DNA of 64,000 bases. Origin: Candidatus Tectimicrobiota bacterium (GTDB lineage Bacteria; JACPUC01). The stretch is taken from assembly GCA_016192455.1 (NCBI GenBank), contig JACPUC010000029.1:62001-126000 (forward strand), written 5' to 3'. The translations under genes and the position numbers were made by a program. The notes beneath the pieces were generated by a model, which had not been told where the DNA came from, ran no database searches, and was given only the letters and a program-made list of their open reading frames with translations. Shown in pieces: positions 11,374-21,968 of this stretch. Every line of letters begins with the position of its first letter. Position 1 is the stretch's first letter.

Positions 11374-11470
11374 GGAAACGACTCAGGAGGCAGACATGGA
11401 GGAGGTGAGAAGCAAGTCGAAGGTCGTGTCGGGGACCCTTTCTCCCCTACACCTGCCCTCCCCGCGAGCT

Positions 11471-11498
11471 GTAGGGGCGGTTCGCGAACCGCCCCTAC
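11471..11498. repeat. GTAG-type REP palindrome
   Basis: gtaggggcggttcgcgaaccgcccctac is a perfect 28-bp palindrome; near-identical copy at 44488. Confidence 0.8.
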
Positions 11499-11624
11499 GA
11501 TGAGTGGTGCGCCCGATTCCCGCGGCTGGAGGGGGAGGCTCCCTGGCGAAATCGTTCGGTGAAACGAACCTCCGCGTCGCCCGCTTACGGGATGCTCCAG
11601 GCGGAGGGATGTTCTCTTCTGTCC

Positions 11625-13745
11625 TTAGCTCGCCTCCGCCCCGGCCCGCTCCACCTCCACAAGGTTCGTGTAGTAAGTGGCGCCGCCGCCCAGGTCGGCG
11701 AGGCGTTCGCTGGTGAGGCGGTTGATGTTGGCGCCCTCGGGGCAGTGCGCGCTCCACCAGGTCTTGAAGGCCATGGCGACGCCGGGCTTGGTGCGCTCGC
11801 CGACCTGGGCGTAGAGGCGGCACTCGCCGCGGTCGTTGAAGACGCGCACCAGGTCGCCGTCGGCGATGCCGCGCGCCGCCGCATCGACGGGGTTGAGCTG
11901 GAGCACCGGCCGCTGCGCCTTGCGCAGCATGGTCGGCAGGTTGGCGAAGCTGGAGTTGCAGAAGTGCTTCGCCGAGCTGTTGACCAGCCGCAGCGGGTAG
12001 CGCGCGATGAGTTCCGGCGTGCGCTCGGCGCCTTCCGCCGGCGGCTCGTAGCCGGGAAGCGGATCGCGCCCCTGGCCCTCGAGGGCCGCCGAGTAGAGCT
12101 CGATCTTCCCCGACGGCGTGCGGGGAGCGCCGGCGGCGAACGGCGTCGGGCCGATCTCCAGCTTCACCCACCCCTCCTGCCGCAGGCGCTCCAGGCTGAC
12201 GCCGCGCAGCCGCGGCTGCGTCCCGGCCAGCGCCTGGCGGATGAGATCCTCATCGCTGTCGCGGAAGGCCGGTTCGTCGAATCCCATGGCGCGGGCCAGG
12301 AGGCGGAAGACCTCCATGTTGCTCTTGCACTCGCCGGGCGGCTCGACCACCTTCTCGCCAAGCATGAGGTAGGGGTGCCAGTACGACTTGTAGAGGTCCG
12401 CATGCTCCACCATCATCGTGGCCGGCAGCAAAATGTCGGCGTAGCGCGCCGTCTCGGTCATCATCTGCTCGTGCACCGCCAGGAAGAGGTCCTGGCGCCG
12501 CAGCCCGGCCAGCACGCGGTTCTGGTTCGGCGCCACCGCCAGGGGGTTGCTGTTGTAGACGAACATCGCCGCAATCGGCGGCTGGGCCTCGTGGAGGACG
12601 CGCGCCAGCTCCACCATGTTGATGGTGCGCGGGCGTCCTTGCATGAGGTCGGGGCGGTGCAGGGCGGCGAGGTTCAACGGCGCGGCGGCGGCGTTCGAGC
12701 CGCAGATGCCGCCGCCGAGGTCGCGCCAGGCGCCGACGAGCGCCGGGAGGACGGCGATGGCGCGGTGCGTCTGGCCGCCGTTGCTCTGGCGCTGCAAGCC
12801 GGTGCCGAGGCGGATGAGCGCCGGGCGCGTGGTGGCGTAGCGGCGCGCCACCTGCTCGAGCACGGCGACCCCGATGCCGGTGATCCGCGCCGTGCGCTCC
12901 GGGGGATACTCCTTCAGCCGCACCTCGAGGGCCTCGAACCCCACCGTGGCCTGGCGCAGAAACTCCACGTCGTGCAGGCCGTCGCGCACGATGAGGTGCA
13001 TGAGGCCGAGGGCAAGGGCGGCGTCCGTGCCCGGATTGGGCTGCAGGAAGAGGTGCGAGGCGTCGCTCATGCGGGTGCGGTGCACGTTGATGTCGATGGT
13101 GAAGGCGCCGTTCTCCCGCGCCTTCTGCCAGAACGGCAGGTAGTGGATATTCGTGCTCAGAGGGTTGGCTCCCCAGGTGATGAGGAGCCTGGCGTGCGGG
13201 ATGAGCTCCGGGTCGATGCTCAGCGCCTCGCCCATGGTGGCGTTGTAGGCGGCCCGACCGGCGGTGGTGCAGATGGTGCGGTCGAGGAGGGAGGCGCCGA
13301 GACGATGGAAGAAGCGCCGGTCCATCGACATGTTGGCGAGGACGCCCTCATTGCCGGCATAGCTGTAGGGGAGAATCGACTCCGGCCCGAACTCCGCCGC
13401 GGCGGCGCGGAAGCGCGCGGCGATGGTGGTGACGGCCTCGTCCCAGGAGATGCGGGCAAACCGCCCTTCGCCCTTGGCGCCGACGCGCTTCTGCGGCTCG
13501 AGGAGGCGGTCGCGGCTGGTCAGGCGCTCGGGGTAGTGGTTCACCTTGGCGCACAGGAACCCCTGCGTCACCGGATGCCGAGGATCGCCTTCCACCTTCA
13601 CGACCTGCCCGTCGCGGACCTGCACGAGCAGGGCGCAGGTGTCCGGACAGTCATGGGGACAGACGCTGCGTTGCACCACGGTGGGCGCGGCGGCGCTGCT
13701 GAGATACGGGGCCATACGGGCTCCTCTCACCCTGGAGCGCGCCAC
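11625..13745 (-). CDS. molybdopterin (bis-MGD) oxidoreductase, DMSO-reductase superfamily, cytoplasmic
   Basis: N-terminal CPHDCPDTC...C [4Fe-4S] motif, ISWDEA, TETARYADILLPA, C-terminal MGD-binding domain; no Tat signal; start may be MAPYLS near 13715. Confidence 0.92.
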   Translation of the reverse strand: MARSRVRGARMAPYLSSAAAPTVVQRSVCPHDCPDTCALLVQVRDGQVVKVEGDPRHPVTQGFLCAKVNHYPERLTSRDRLLEPQKRVGAKGEGRFARISWDEAVTTIAARFRAAAAEFGPESILPYSYAGNEGVLANMSMDRRFFHRLGASLLDRTICTTAGRAAYNATMGEALSIDPELIPHARLLITWGANPLSTNIHYLPFWQKARENGAFTIDINVHRTRMSDASHLFLQPNPGTDAALALGLMHLIVRDGLHDVEFLRQATVGFEALEVRLKEYPPERTARITGIGVAVLEQVARRYATTRPALIRLGTGLQRQSNGGQTHRAIAVLPALVGAWRDLGGGICGSNAAAAPLNLAALHRPDLMQGRPRTINMVELARVLHEAQPPIAAMFVYNSNPLAVAPNQNRVLAGLRRQDLFLAVHEQMMTETARYADILLPATMMVEHADLYKSYWHPYLMLGEKVVEPPGECKSNMEVFRLLARAMGFDEPAFRDSDEDLIRQALAGTQPRLRGVSLERLRQEGWVKLEIGPTPFAAGAPRTPSGKIELYSAALEGQGRDPLPGYEPPAEGAERTPELIARYPLRLVNSSAKHFCNSSFANLPTMLRKAQRPVLQLNPVDAAARGIADGDLVRVFNDRGECRLYAQVGERTKPGVAMAFKTWWSAHCPEGANINRLTSERLADLGGGATYYTNLVEVERAGAEAS

Positions 13746-13936
13746 GGCTCCGCGGCGCGGCGGCGGGGCGCGCGAGGGGCGGACGGTGAAGCTGGGCCGC
13801 GGGGATGGGGCGCGAGGCGGCGGCGCGGGGGCAGCGGGGAACCGACAGCGGCAATCCTCCCCCCGGGTGGCCGCCGCTGCCTGGACCCTTCAGCATGACC
13901 ATCGGCGAGTCGCGGTCGAATGTCAAGCGTGAGCGC

Positions 13937-14956
13937 CTACGGTCCCTGCGGGCCCGGCCTCAGGAACGGCGGCAGCTTCTGTTCCAGCGGTTTGGGCCGC
14001 GTCCCTTGTGGAGCCTGTGTCGGCAGGTTGAGCATGCGCCGCACGATGGCGCGCGCCCGCTGGAACGCCGGCGTGTCGCGCGCCAGGCCGGGATCGGGCG
14101 GCATCCCCTGAATGAGGGCCTCGACGTTGGCGCGGCGCTCGACCGGCGTCGGATGGGAGGAGAAGAAGACCTCGACCTCGCTGCTCGGCATGCCCCGATC
14201 CAGTCGTTTCTCCTCCAGCTTGTCGAAGAAGCTCACCATGCCGCGCGGGTTCCAGCCGGCGCGGTGAAGCATCTGCGCGCCGAGCTGATCCGCCTCGCGC
14301 TCCGCATCACGGCTGAACTTCATGTAGGCCCCCGTGGCGACGAGCTCGGCGGCGACCAGGGCGATGTCCACTCGCTGCGTGGCGCCGCCGACGAGGGCGC
14401 CGAAGAGCGTGGTGCCGAGCCCGATGGCCTGCGACTTGGCAAGCTGCTCGCTGTGGTGGCGGGCGCTCACGTGGCCGATTTCATGCGCCAGCACGCCGGC
14501 CAGCTCCATCTCGGACTCCGCCGCCGCGATGAGCCCGAGGTGCACGTAGACGAACCCGCCCGGCAGGGCGAAGGCATTGACGCTCGGCTCCTTCACCACC
14601 TTGAAGGCGTGCGGCAGGTTCGCCCGCTGCGAGTGGCGCACGAGGCGCTGACCGAGGTCGTTGACGTAGGTGGCGACATCCGGTTGGTAGACGACGCCCA
14701 ACTTCCGCTCCACCTCGCGAGAAATCTCGCGTCCCAGGCGCACCTCGTCCTCCGTGCTCATCCCGAACACCTTGTCGAGGAGGGACTGCGCCGCAGCGCT
14801 GCCGGGCGCCAGGAGCGCCGGGCCAGGCGACAGGCCGAGCGTCAGGAGGAGAGCGATGGCCAAGGCGCCGCGCCACCCCCGGAGGAGGTGGCGGCTGGCG
14901 TGGGACCGCGGGGTGTGGGTCTTCATGGGAAGGAGTATCCGCGGGTCGGGAAGCAC
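13937..14956 (-). CDS. M48 family metallopeptidase (BepA/YfgC-like N-domain)
   Basis: NAFALPGG, HEIGH, FSRDAEREAD and SSHP motifs; signal-like N-terminus. Confidence 0.9.
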   Translation of the reverse strand: MLPDPRILLPMKTHTPRSHASRHLLRGWRGALAIALLLTLGLSPGPALLAPGSAAAQSLLDKVFGMSTEDEVRLGREISREVERKLGVVYQPDVATYVNDLGQRLVRHSQRANLPHAFKVVKEPSVNAFALPGGFVYVHLGLIAAAESEMELAGVLAHEIGHVSARHHSEQLAKSQAIGLGTTLFGALVGGATQRVDIALVAAELVATGAYMKFSRDAEREADQLGAQMLHRAGWNPRGMVSFFDKLEEKRLDRGMPSSEVEVFFSSHPTPVERRANVEALIQGMPPDPGLARDTPAFQRARAIVRRMLNLPTQAPQGTRPKPLEQKLPPFLRPGPQGP

Positions 14957-15209
14957 CGCCGCGCCGCGGCGACGGCGGCTGCCGCCCGCCCGATGGCGTG
15001 AAACCGCGCAGCGCGAGGCTTGCGCTCTTCTTGAGGAAAATGCCCAAGCGTGCAGGACTCCATAAGTTTGAAACTCCGCCGCGGGCTGCGTTCCTTCCCC
15101 CGTCCGTAATTTTGTCGCCGCGCCGCGGCCGGCGCCTTCGCCGCCGGCGCCGACTCGGCCGCGGCGCTTTCAGACTGCAGGCGAATCAACGCCGCTCACC
15201 GCCGCCCCG

Positions 15210-17297
15210 TCACCCTCGGCTGACGAGGAGGTTCAGGTAGGCGTCGCTTTCGGCATGACAGTTGGGGCCGAGCACGACGGTTGACTCCCGCTCCTCGATG
15301 ATGGCCGGTCCGTCGAAGGCAGCCCCCTCGAAGAGGCGATAGCGGTCGTAGACGGGGCAGGCGCGCAGCTCGCCGTGGTCGGGGAAGTAGGCGAGGCGTT
15401 CCGGCCGGCGGGCATCCTCCAGGCGCTGCCCGGCGCGGCGCGGCACGCTGCGGAGCCGCAGGCGCGGTTTGGCGGCGCTGGCCAGCAGGCGCCAGTTCAG
15501 CCCCTCCACCGGGTAGTCGGCATTGGTGCGGTGCAGGAGCTGCTCGTAGGCGAGGTCGAAGGCGCGGCGCAGGGCGGTGGCGGAGTCCGGCGTGAGCGGC
15601 CCGTCCGGCAGCGGCACGTAGATTTCGTGCGCCTGCCCCACGTAGCGCATCTCGCCGTAGCGCCGGATGCTGATCTCCTCGTCAGGCACCCCCGCCTGGC
15701 GCAGGAGGGCCCGCCCTTCGGCCTCCATCTCGGCGAAGAGGGAGGTGAGGCGGGCGTAGTCGAGCTGGTCAAGGCGGCCCATGAGGGTGCGCACAAAGTC
15801 AAAGGAGAAGGGAGCCGTCAGGAAGCCGAGGGCCGAGGTGGCCCCCGCCCCCAGGGGGTAAAGGATGCGCCGCATGCCGAGCTTCTCGGCGATCCAGAAG
15901 GCGTGCAGGGGACCCGCGCCGCCAAAGGCGATGAGGGTGAGGCGCGAGGGGTCGCGTCCCTTCTCGATGCAGTAGACGCGGGCGGCGTTCGCCATGTTCT
16001 CGTCCACAACTTGGTGGATGCCCCAGGCGGCCCGCACCACGTCCACCCCGAGGGGGGCGGCGATCTTCTCCGCCATGAGACGCCGGCTGCCCTCCACCTC
16101 GAGGGCCATGTCGCCGCCGAGGAAGTAGGCGGGGTTGAGGTGGCCGAGGAGGAGATCGGCGTCGGTGACGGTCGGTTCGCTGCCGCCGCCACCGTAACAG
16201 ATGGGTCCCGGCGCGGCGCCGGCGCTGTCGGGGCCGACCTTCAACAGCCCCAGGCGGTCGATGCGCGCGATGCTGCCGCCGCCGGCGCCGATCTCGATGA
16301 GGTCGATGGCCGGCAGCTTGATGGGGTAGCCGCTCCCCTGTTTGAAGCGCTGCACGCGCGCCGCTTCGAAGTTCGTCGTCGTCAGGGGGCGCCCGGCTTC
16401 CGCGATGCCGGCCTTCGCGGTCGTCCCCCCCATATCGAAGGAGAGGAGGTGCGGTTCCCCAAGGAGCTCCCCGTAGTAGGCGGCGGCCAGCACCCCCGCC
16501 GCCGGCCCCGACTCGAGGACGCGCACGGGGAAACGCTCCGCCGTGTCGCGCGAGGCGATGCCGCCGTTCGAGAGCATGACGTAGAGGCTGCCGTGGCAGG
16601 CGGCCTGCCGCAGGCTTGCCGCCATGCTCCGCAGGTAGGTGCGCAGCAGTGGCTGCGTGTAGGCGTTGACGGCCGTCGTCGTGGCCCGCTCGAACTCGCG
16701 GATTTGCGGGATGACGTCGACGGAGAGCGACACGGCGAGGCGCGGGGCCTTCTCCTGGAGGATGGCGCCGATGAGGCGCTCGTGCGCGGGGTTGCGGAAG
16801 GAGTGCAGGAGGCAGACGGCGACCGCCTCCACGCCTTCCGAAAGCAGCTCCTCCAGGGCGCGCAGCACGTCTCCCCGCTCCAGCGGCACCAGGACGTTGC
16901 CGCGGGCGTCGAGGCGCTCGTTCACCTCCTTCGTCCAGCGCCGCGGCACCAGGGGGGTGGGCAGCTCGATCTGCATGTCGTACTCGACGTAGCGCTTTTC
17001 CTTGCCGACGATGAGGGTGTCGCGGAACCCCTTCGTGATGATGAGCCCCGTGCGCGCGCCCTTGCGCTCGATGAGGGCGTTCGTCACCAGGGTGGTGCCA
17101 TGGACGATGTGGCGCACGCCGGCGAGGTGGCCCCGCGCCTGCCGCACGGTGGTGGTGATCCCTTCGACGGCCCCGCGCGACGGGTCGTCCGCGGTCGTCA
17201 GCACCTTGCCCAGGGTGATGCCGCCGGTCTCGTCATTGAGGGCCACGGTATCGGTGAAGGTGCCGCCGATGTCGCTGCCGATGCGATAGGTTGCCAT
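15210..17297 (-). CDS. hydantoinase/oxoprolinase family subunit A
   Basis: DIGGTFTD, HGTTLVTNA, ESGPAAG, DMGGTTAK and GAGGGSIA motifs. Confidence 0.93.
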   Translation of the reverse strand: MATYRIGSDIGGTFTDTVALNDETGGITLGKVLTTADDPSRGAVEGITTTVRQARGHLAGVRHIVHGTTLVTNALIERKGARTGLIITKGFRDTLIVGKEKRYVEYDMQIELPTPLVPRRWTKEVNERLDARGNVLVPLERGDVLRALEELLSEGVEAVAVCLLHSFRNPAHERLIGAILQEKAPRLAVSLSVDVIPQIREFERATTTAVNAYTQPLLRTYLRSMAASLRQAACHGSLYVMLSNGGIASRDTAERFPVRVLESGPAAGVLAAAYYGELLGEPHLLSFDMGGTTAKAGIAEAGRPLTTTNFEAARVQRFKQGSGYPIKLPAIDLIEIGAGGGSIARIDRLGLLKVGPDSAGAAPGPICYGGGGSEPTVTDADLLLGHLNPAYFLGGDMALEVEGSRRLMAEKIAAPLGVDVVRAAWGIHQVVDENMANAARVYCIEKGRDPSRLTLIAFGGAGPLHAFWIAEKLGMRRILYPLGAGATSALGFLTAPFSFDFVRTLMGRLDQLDYARLTSLFAEMEAEGRALLRQAGVPDEEISIRRYGEMRYVGQAHEIYVPLPDGPLTPDSATALRRAFDLAYEQLLHRTNADYPVEGLNWRLLASAAKPRLRLRSVPRRAGQRLEDARRPERLAYFPDHGELRACPVYDRYRLFEGAAFDGPAIIEERESTVVLGPNCHAESDAYLNLLVSRG

Positions 17298-17380
17298 GGG
17301 GATCGCTTTCTAGCCTGACATCCGTCGGCAAAATTGCCCTGGAGGGCGAGACCTCGACCTGTTGGTTCAGCGGAGCCAGC

Positions 17381-18368
17381 TCAGAAGAGGCTGACCGACC
17401 GGCCGATGCCGCGTTCGCGGGCGGTCTGGCAGAGGCGCTGGGCGATTGCCATGTCGGTGGTGCCGACGCCTCCATTGATGCTGACGATGATCTCCCCCGC
17501 CGCTTCACGTCCCGGCTTGCGGCCGCAGACCACGTCGCCGAGCTCGGCGTAGAGCGACAGGCCGGCGATGTCCACGCCGCGCTTCGGGGCCTGGGCGGCG
17601 AAGGTGGGCCAGTGCTGCACGAGGAGTTTGTCCGCCTGCCTCAGGCAGGCCGGCTCGCACTCCGAGCCGCCCACGAGCGGCGCCAGGAGCGCCCCGGGTT
17701 TCAGCCAGGCGCGCCGGATGAGCGGCGCCTCGAAGGTGGTGGCGGAGGAGACGATGACATCGGCGTCGATGACCGCTTCCCGCACGCTCGGCACGGGGAT
17801 GATGTCATAGTCGACGAGCTTCCTCATCTCCTCCACATAAGCCCGGCGGGATGCCTCGCGCCGCGACACCGCTTTCACTGTTGTAATGCCCGGCAGCACT
17901 TCCCGCAAGGCCAGAACGGCGACGCGCCCGAGCGCCCCCGCGCCCACGATGCCGATGCTCACGGCGTCGGGCCGCGCCAGGTATTTCGCCGCCACCGCGG
18001 TGAGCGCCGCGGTGCGCTGGTAAGTTACCCACATGCCCTCCAGGATGCACTGCGGCATGCCGGTGCGCGGATCGTTGAGGATGATGACCCCGGACGAATC
18101 CGGCAGGCCCTGCGCCGCATTGCCGGTGATGTGGCTCACCCACTTGACGCCGGCGGCTTCCAGGCCGCCCACGTAGGCCGGCATGCCGTGCAGGTAGAGC
18201 TTTGGGGGTTCCGAGCCGAGGTGCAGCGGCGGACTCGGCGCGATGGCGGTGTTGCCAAGCCCCTCCTGGCGCAGCGTCTCCTCGCAGAGGCGCACGCAGT
18301 CCGCCATCGAGACTCCCAGCCCGAGGATGTCCTCGATCGAAAGGACGAGCATGCTGACCTTGCCCATG
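17381..18368 (-). CDS. ornithine cyclodeaminase/mu-crystallin family protein
   Basis: HGMPAY..GVKWV, RTAALTAVAAKYLA and GAGALG (Rossmann) motifs; start MGKV after GGAGGAG. Confidence 0.88.
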
Positions 18369-18465
18369 GGCTGCTCCTCCGTTGGTGTGGCGCTTGCGTG
18401 CGCCAGGCTGGGTGGCATTCAAAGGTGCGCAGGCGCCTCCCTTGTCGCTGCCGCCTGGGGTGATG

Positions 18466-19821
18466 CTACGAGCTGCCCGCCGCGGCGGCCCGAGGCGCGG
18501 GGTCGGGGTAGAGCTCGGCGTAAATGTTCCGGCAGCGGGTCTCCTTGGTGAAGAGGGCCATGACGGTCGAGAAGAGCATGGCGCCCAGCGGCAGGAAGAA
18601 GGCCGCCTGGTAGGCCTCCAGGGGGTAGATGCGCACCCCCTCGACGAGCGTTCCCTGCCAGCCGCGGTCCAGCACCATCCCCATGATCACCTGCAAGACG
18701 GCGCCGCCGATGAAGCCGGCGGTGTTGCCGACGCCGATGGCGATGCCGGCGAACTGCCGCGGGTTCACCTCGGTGGTCATGGTGTGGGTGATGATCGAGG
18801 CGCTGGTGGTCAGCCCGAAGAGGAAGCTGAGGAGGCCCATCCAGGCCAGCGGCGGCTTGCCGCCATTGACGAAACAGAAGATGGCCCAGATCGCCGTCAG
18901 CGCAGCCGCCGAGAGGAAGTAGGGCGGCTTGCGCCGCCGCAGCCAGCGGTCGGCAATGAGGCCCTGCAGCGGTCCGCCGATGATGAGGCCCACGTTGACG
19001 AGGATGAGGTAGCCGCTCGCATGGGTGCGGCTGATGCCGTACACTTGCACGAGGTAGGGGATGCCCCAGAGGCCGAGGAAGGTGAAGAGGCTGCCGAAGT
19101 AGCCGAAGAAGGCGAAGAACGCCGGCCAGGTGTAGCGGTTGCGCAGCACGATGCGCAGGCCCTGCCACACCGAGAGACGGCGGCCGGCGGCCAGCGGCGC
19201 CTCGGTCCGCACTCCCGGCAGGCCGAGCTGCTCGGGCCGGTCGCGGACGAGCAGCCAGGTGACGATGCCGAGCCCGATGGAGAGGATGCCGAGCAACGCC
19301 AAGCTGGCGCGCCAGCCGATGGCGCTGAGCAGCACGCTCAAAGGGGTGGCGGCGAGGATGCCGCCGAAGCTCGCCACGGTCATGGTCAAGCCGGTCACGG
19401 TGACGAACTCGTGCGGGCGGAACCACTCGGCGAAGACACGCATCGAGCTCGTGAACACCACCGCCAGCCCGAAGCCGGTGAGGAAGCGGCCGGCGAAGGC
19501 CACCCAGAGCGACGGGGCGAGGGCGAAGAGGAAGCTTCCCGCGGCGCTGGTGAACAAGCCGAGCGTGGCCACCGGGCGCGGTCCCAGGGAGTCGCCCAGC
19601 ACGCCGGTTGGCACCTGCATGGCGGCGTAGATATAGTAGTACGTGGCGGCGAGCGCGCCGAGGACGGTGCCGGAGGTCTGGAAGGCGGCCATGAGGTCGC
19701 TGGCCATGACGGCGGGGGCGACGCGCTGGAAGTTCACCATGGCGTTGTCCACCCCCAGCACCGCCCAGATCAGCCAGCGGCGGCGCAGGGTTCGCTGCAG
19801 CGCGAGGGGGGTCGAGGTCAT
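18466..19821 (-). CDS. MFS transporter
   Basis: About 12 hydrophobic segments; MQVPTGVLGDSLGPR motif A; start MTSTPLAL. Confidence 0.9.
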   Translation of the reverse strand: MTSTPLALQRTLRRRWLIWAVLGVDNAMVNFQRVAPAVMASDLMAAFQTSGTVLGALAATYYYIYAAMQVPTGVLGDSLGPRPVATLGLFTSAAGSFLFALAPSLWVAFAGRFLTGFGLAVVFTSSMRVFAEWFRPHEFVTVTGLTMTVASFGGILAATPLSVLLSAIGWRASLALLGILSIGLGIVTWLLVRDRPEQLGLPGVRTEAPLAAGRRLSVWQGLRIVLRNRYTWPAFFAFFGYFGSLFTFLGLWGIPYLVQVYGISRTHASGYLILVNVGLIIGGPLQGLIADRWLRRRKPPYFLSAAALTAIWAIFCFVNGGKPPLAWMGLLSFLFGLTTSASIITHTMTTEVNPRQFAGIAIGVGNTAGFIGGAVLQVIMGMVLDRGWQGTLVEGVRIYPLEAYQAAFFLPLGAMLFSTVMALFTKETRCRNIYAELYPDPAPRAAAAGSS

Positions 19822-20209
19822 CGTCGAGCCACCGGAGCGGGTTCCTGGCAACGAGCCACCCACCCATCCCTGCACCATGATGAGAGGTGGGACGGCGTGC
19901 AGCTCATTCTCTCTGGCGAGGGCGCGCCGCCGCCTGCTCGCGGCAGGGAACCAACGGCGCCTCCGCCTTTTCTCAGCCTTCGTTCGCTGGCTGGCGCCGG
20001 GCGCGCACCTTGGGGGATCATGGCGGCGGCCGCTCCCTCCCTCCCCGCGCCTGCCGCGTCGGCGGAGCGAGTATGGCATACCAGCGAGGGAAAAAGCCAC
20101 GCAGGGGGGATGCCCGGCCCTGCTCACCCGAGCGGCCTCGCGGCCGGCGCGGGCGACGGAGCCGATCCCTGCGATGCAGCAAGGTTGCGGGTTCATCTCA
20201 GGAGTTCCC

Positions 20210-21655
20210 ATGGATCGCGCTGACAGGCTAGCGGTGCACCCGCGTCGCGGAGGCGTCCGCCTTCTGACGCTCCTTCTTCTTGCCGTGCTGGCTGGGCTGA
20301 GCGGCGGCATGCCGGCGGCGGCGAGCAGCCACGAAGGCAAGCTCCGCCTCGAGGTGCGGAGGTTCCAGCTCGACAACGGCCTGGAGGGACTGGTGCTGGA
20401 GGATCACAGCGCGCCCCTCGTGGCCGTGCAGCTCTGGTACCGGGCGGGCTCACGCAACGAGCGACCGGGGATGACCGGCATCTCCCACTTCCTCGAGCAC
20501 ATGATGTTCAAGGGCACCACGACCACCGCCGCCAACGAGTTCTCGCGCCTCGTGCAGCGCTTGGGCGGCACGGAGAACGCCTTCACGAGCAATGACATGA
20601 CGGTCTACTTCAGCACCGTGCCGGCGGACAAGCTCGAGGTGGTGCTGCGCCACGAGGCCGACCGGATGCTGAATCTCACCCTGCCGGCGAAGGAGATCGT
20701 CCCCGAACGCAAGGTGGTGATGGAGGAGCGCCGGCTGGGGGAGAATACCCCGCAGCGGCGGCTCTTTGAGGAGCTGGAAGCCGTCGCCTTCAAGGTGCAT
20801 CCCTACCGCTGGCCGGTGGTGGGCTGGATGGAGGACCTCGAGAACATCAGCCGCGACGAGCTGCTGCGCTACTACCGCACCTACTATCGGCCGGACAATG
20901 CACGCCTCGTGGTCGTCGGGGATACGACGCTGGAGACGGTGCGCGGCCTGGCCCAGCGCCATTTTGGGAGCATCTCCGGGAAAGGGTCCGACCGTCCCGC
21001 CAGCCCCGCCGCCGCGAGGGGACGGGAGCCCGAGCAGCTTGGCGAGCGCCGCCTCGAGGTCAACCTCCAGGCCAGCCTCCCCGTCGTGGCGATGGCTTAC
21101 CAAGCGCCGCCGGCGAACCATCCCGACAGCGTCGCGCTCGACCTCCTGGCCGCGGTCCTGGGGAGTGGCGAGTCATCGCGCCTGCACCGCGGCCTCGTCT
21201 ATGAGCAGCAGGTGGCGACGAGCGCCGACGCCGATGCCGATCTGAAGCTCGACGCCGGGCTGTTCACGATCTCCGCCAGTGTTCAGGCCGGGCACAGCGC
21301 CGCCGAGGTCGAACGTCGCATCGAGGCGGAGATCACCCGGCTGCAGGAGGAGCTCGTGAGCGAGCGGGAGATCCAGAAGGCGAAGAACAACGTCATGAGC
21401 AGCTTCATCTTCCGGCAGCAGGGCGTCATGAGCCAGGCGATGACGATCGGCTTCTTCACCTTCTACCGCCCCCTGGAGCAGCTCAACACCTACCTTGACA
21501 TGGTGCAGGCAGTGCAGCCCGAGGCCCTGCGCGAGGTGGCCCGGCGCATCTTGCAGAAGCGCTTCCGGACGGTGGCCGTCCTCGTGCCGAAGGCTGACGA
21601 GGCAAACCAGGGCACGCAGGCCGCGCCCAAGCCGGCGGCGCCTTCCCATCCCTAA
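20210..21655 (+). CDS. M16 (pitrilysin-like) zinc peptidase, exported
   Basis: GSRNERPGMTGISHFLEHMMFKGT (HxxEH), NAFTS and EERR motifs; signal peptide. Confidence 0.92.
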   Translation: MDRADRLAVHPRRGGVRLLTLLLLAVLAGLSGGMPAAASSHEGKLRLEVRRFQLDNGLEGLVLEDHSAPLVAVQLWYRAGSRNERPGMTGISHFLEHMMFKGTTTTAANEFSRLVQRLGGTENAFTSNDMTVYFSTVPADKLEVVLRHEADRMLNLTLPAKEIVPERKVVMEERRLGENTPQRRLFEELEAVAFKVHPYRWPVVGWMEDLENISRDELLRYYRTYYRPDNARLVVVGDTTLETVRGLAQRHFGSISGKGSDRPASPAAARGREPEQLGERRLEVNLQASLPVVAMAYQAPPANHPDSVALDLLAAVLGSGESSRLHRGLVYEQQVATSADADADLKLDAGLFTISASVQAGHSAAEVERRIEAEITRLQEELVSEREIQKAKNNVMSSFIFRQQGVMSQAMTIGFFTFYRPLEQLNTYLDMVQAVQPEALREVARRILQKRFRTVAVLVPKADEANQGTQAAPKPAAPSHP

Positions 21656-21968
21656 GCACAGCCATCCCCTCGTCCGCCTATGCCGCGGCATCGCGCCGCG
21701 GGCGACCCCAGCCCATGCACCGTGCGAGGGCCCGGCGAGGGCCGCGTCTCGTCCCCCGTGGCCGCCGGCGCGCCCGCTGCCGGCGCCTTGACATTTCGCT
21801 GCGGATGGGTGAAAACAGGGGCGCTCGTTACGGCTGTCGAGGCGGCTCGGGGGCTGCGTGAGACTGGAGAAGGACGCAACCCGCCACGCTGTGGCGCGAG
21901 AGCTGGAGCTCCTTCGTGGGCTCTCCAACGTATCGGCGTCTCCATGCCACTCAGGAGGAGGAATTGCT

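Noticed and set aside
20210-21655. M16 peptidase as the maturation protease of the Tat array
   Set aside because: It lies about 8 kb away, beyond the tRNA and unrelated genes; this is a widespread family and there is no evidence of linkage.
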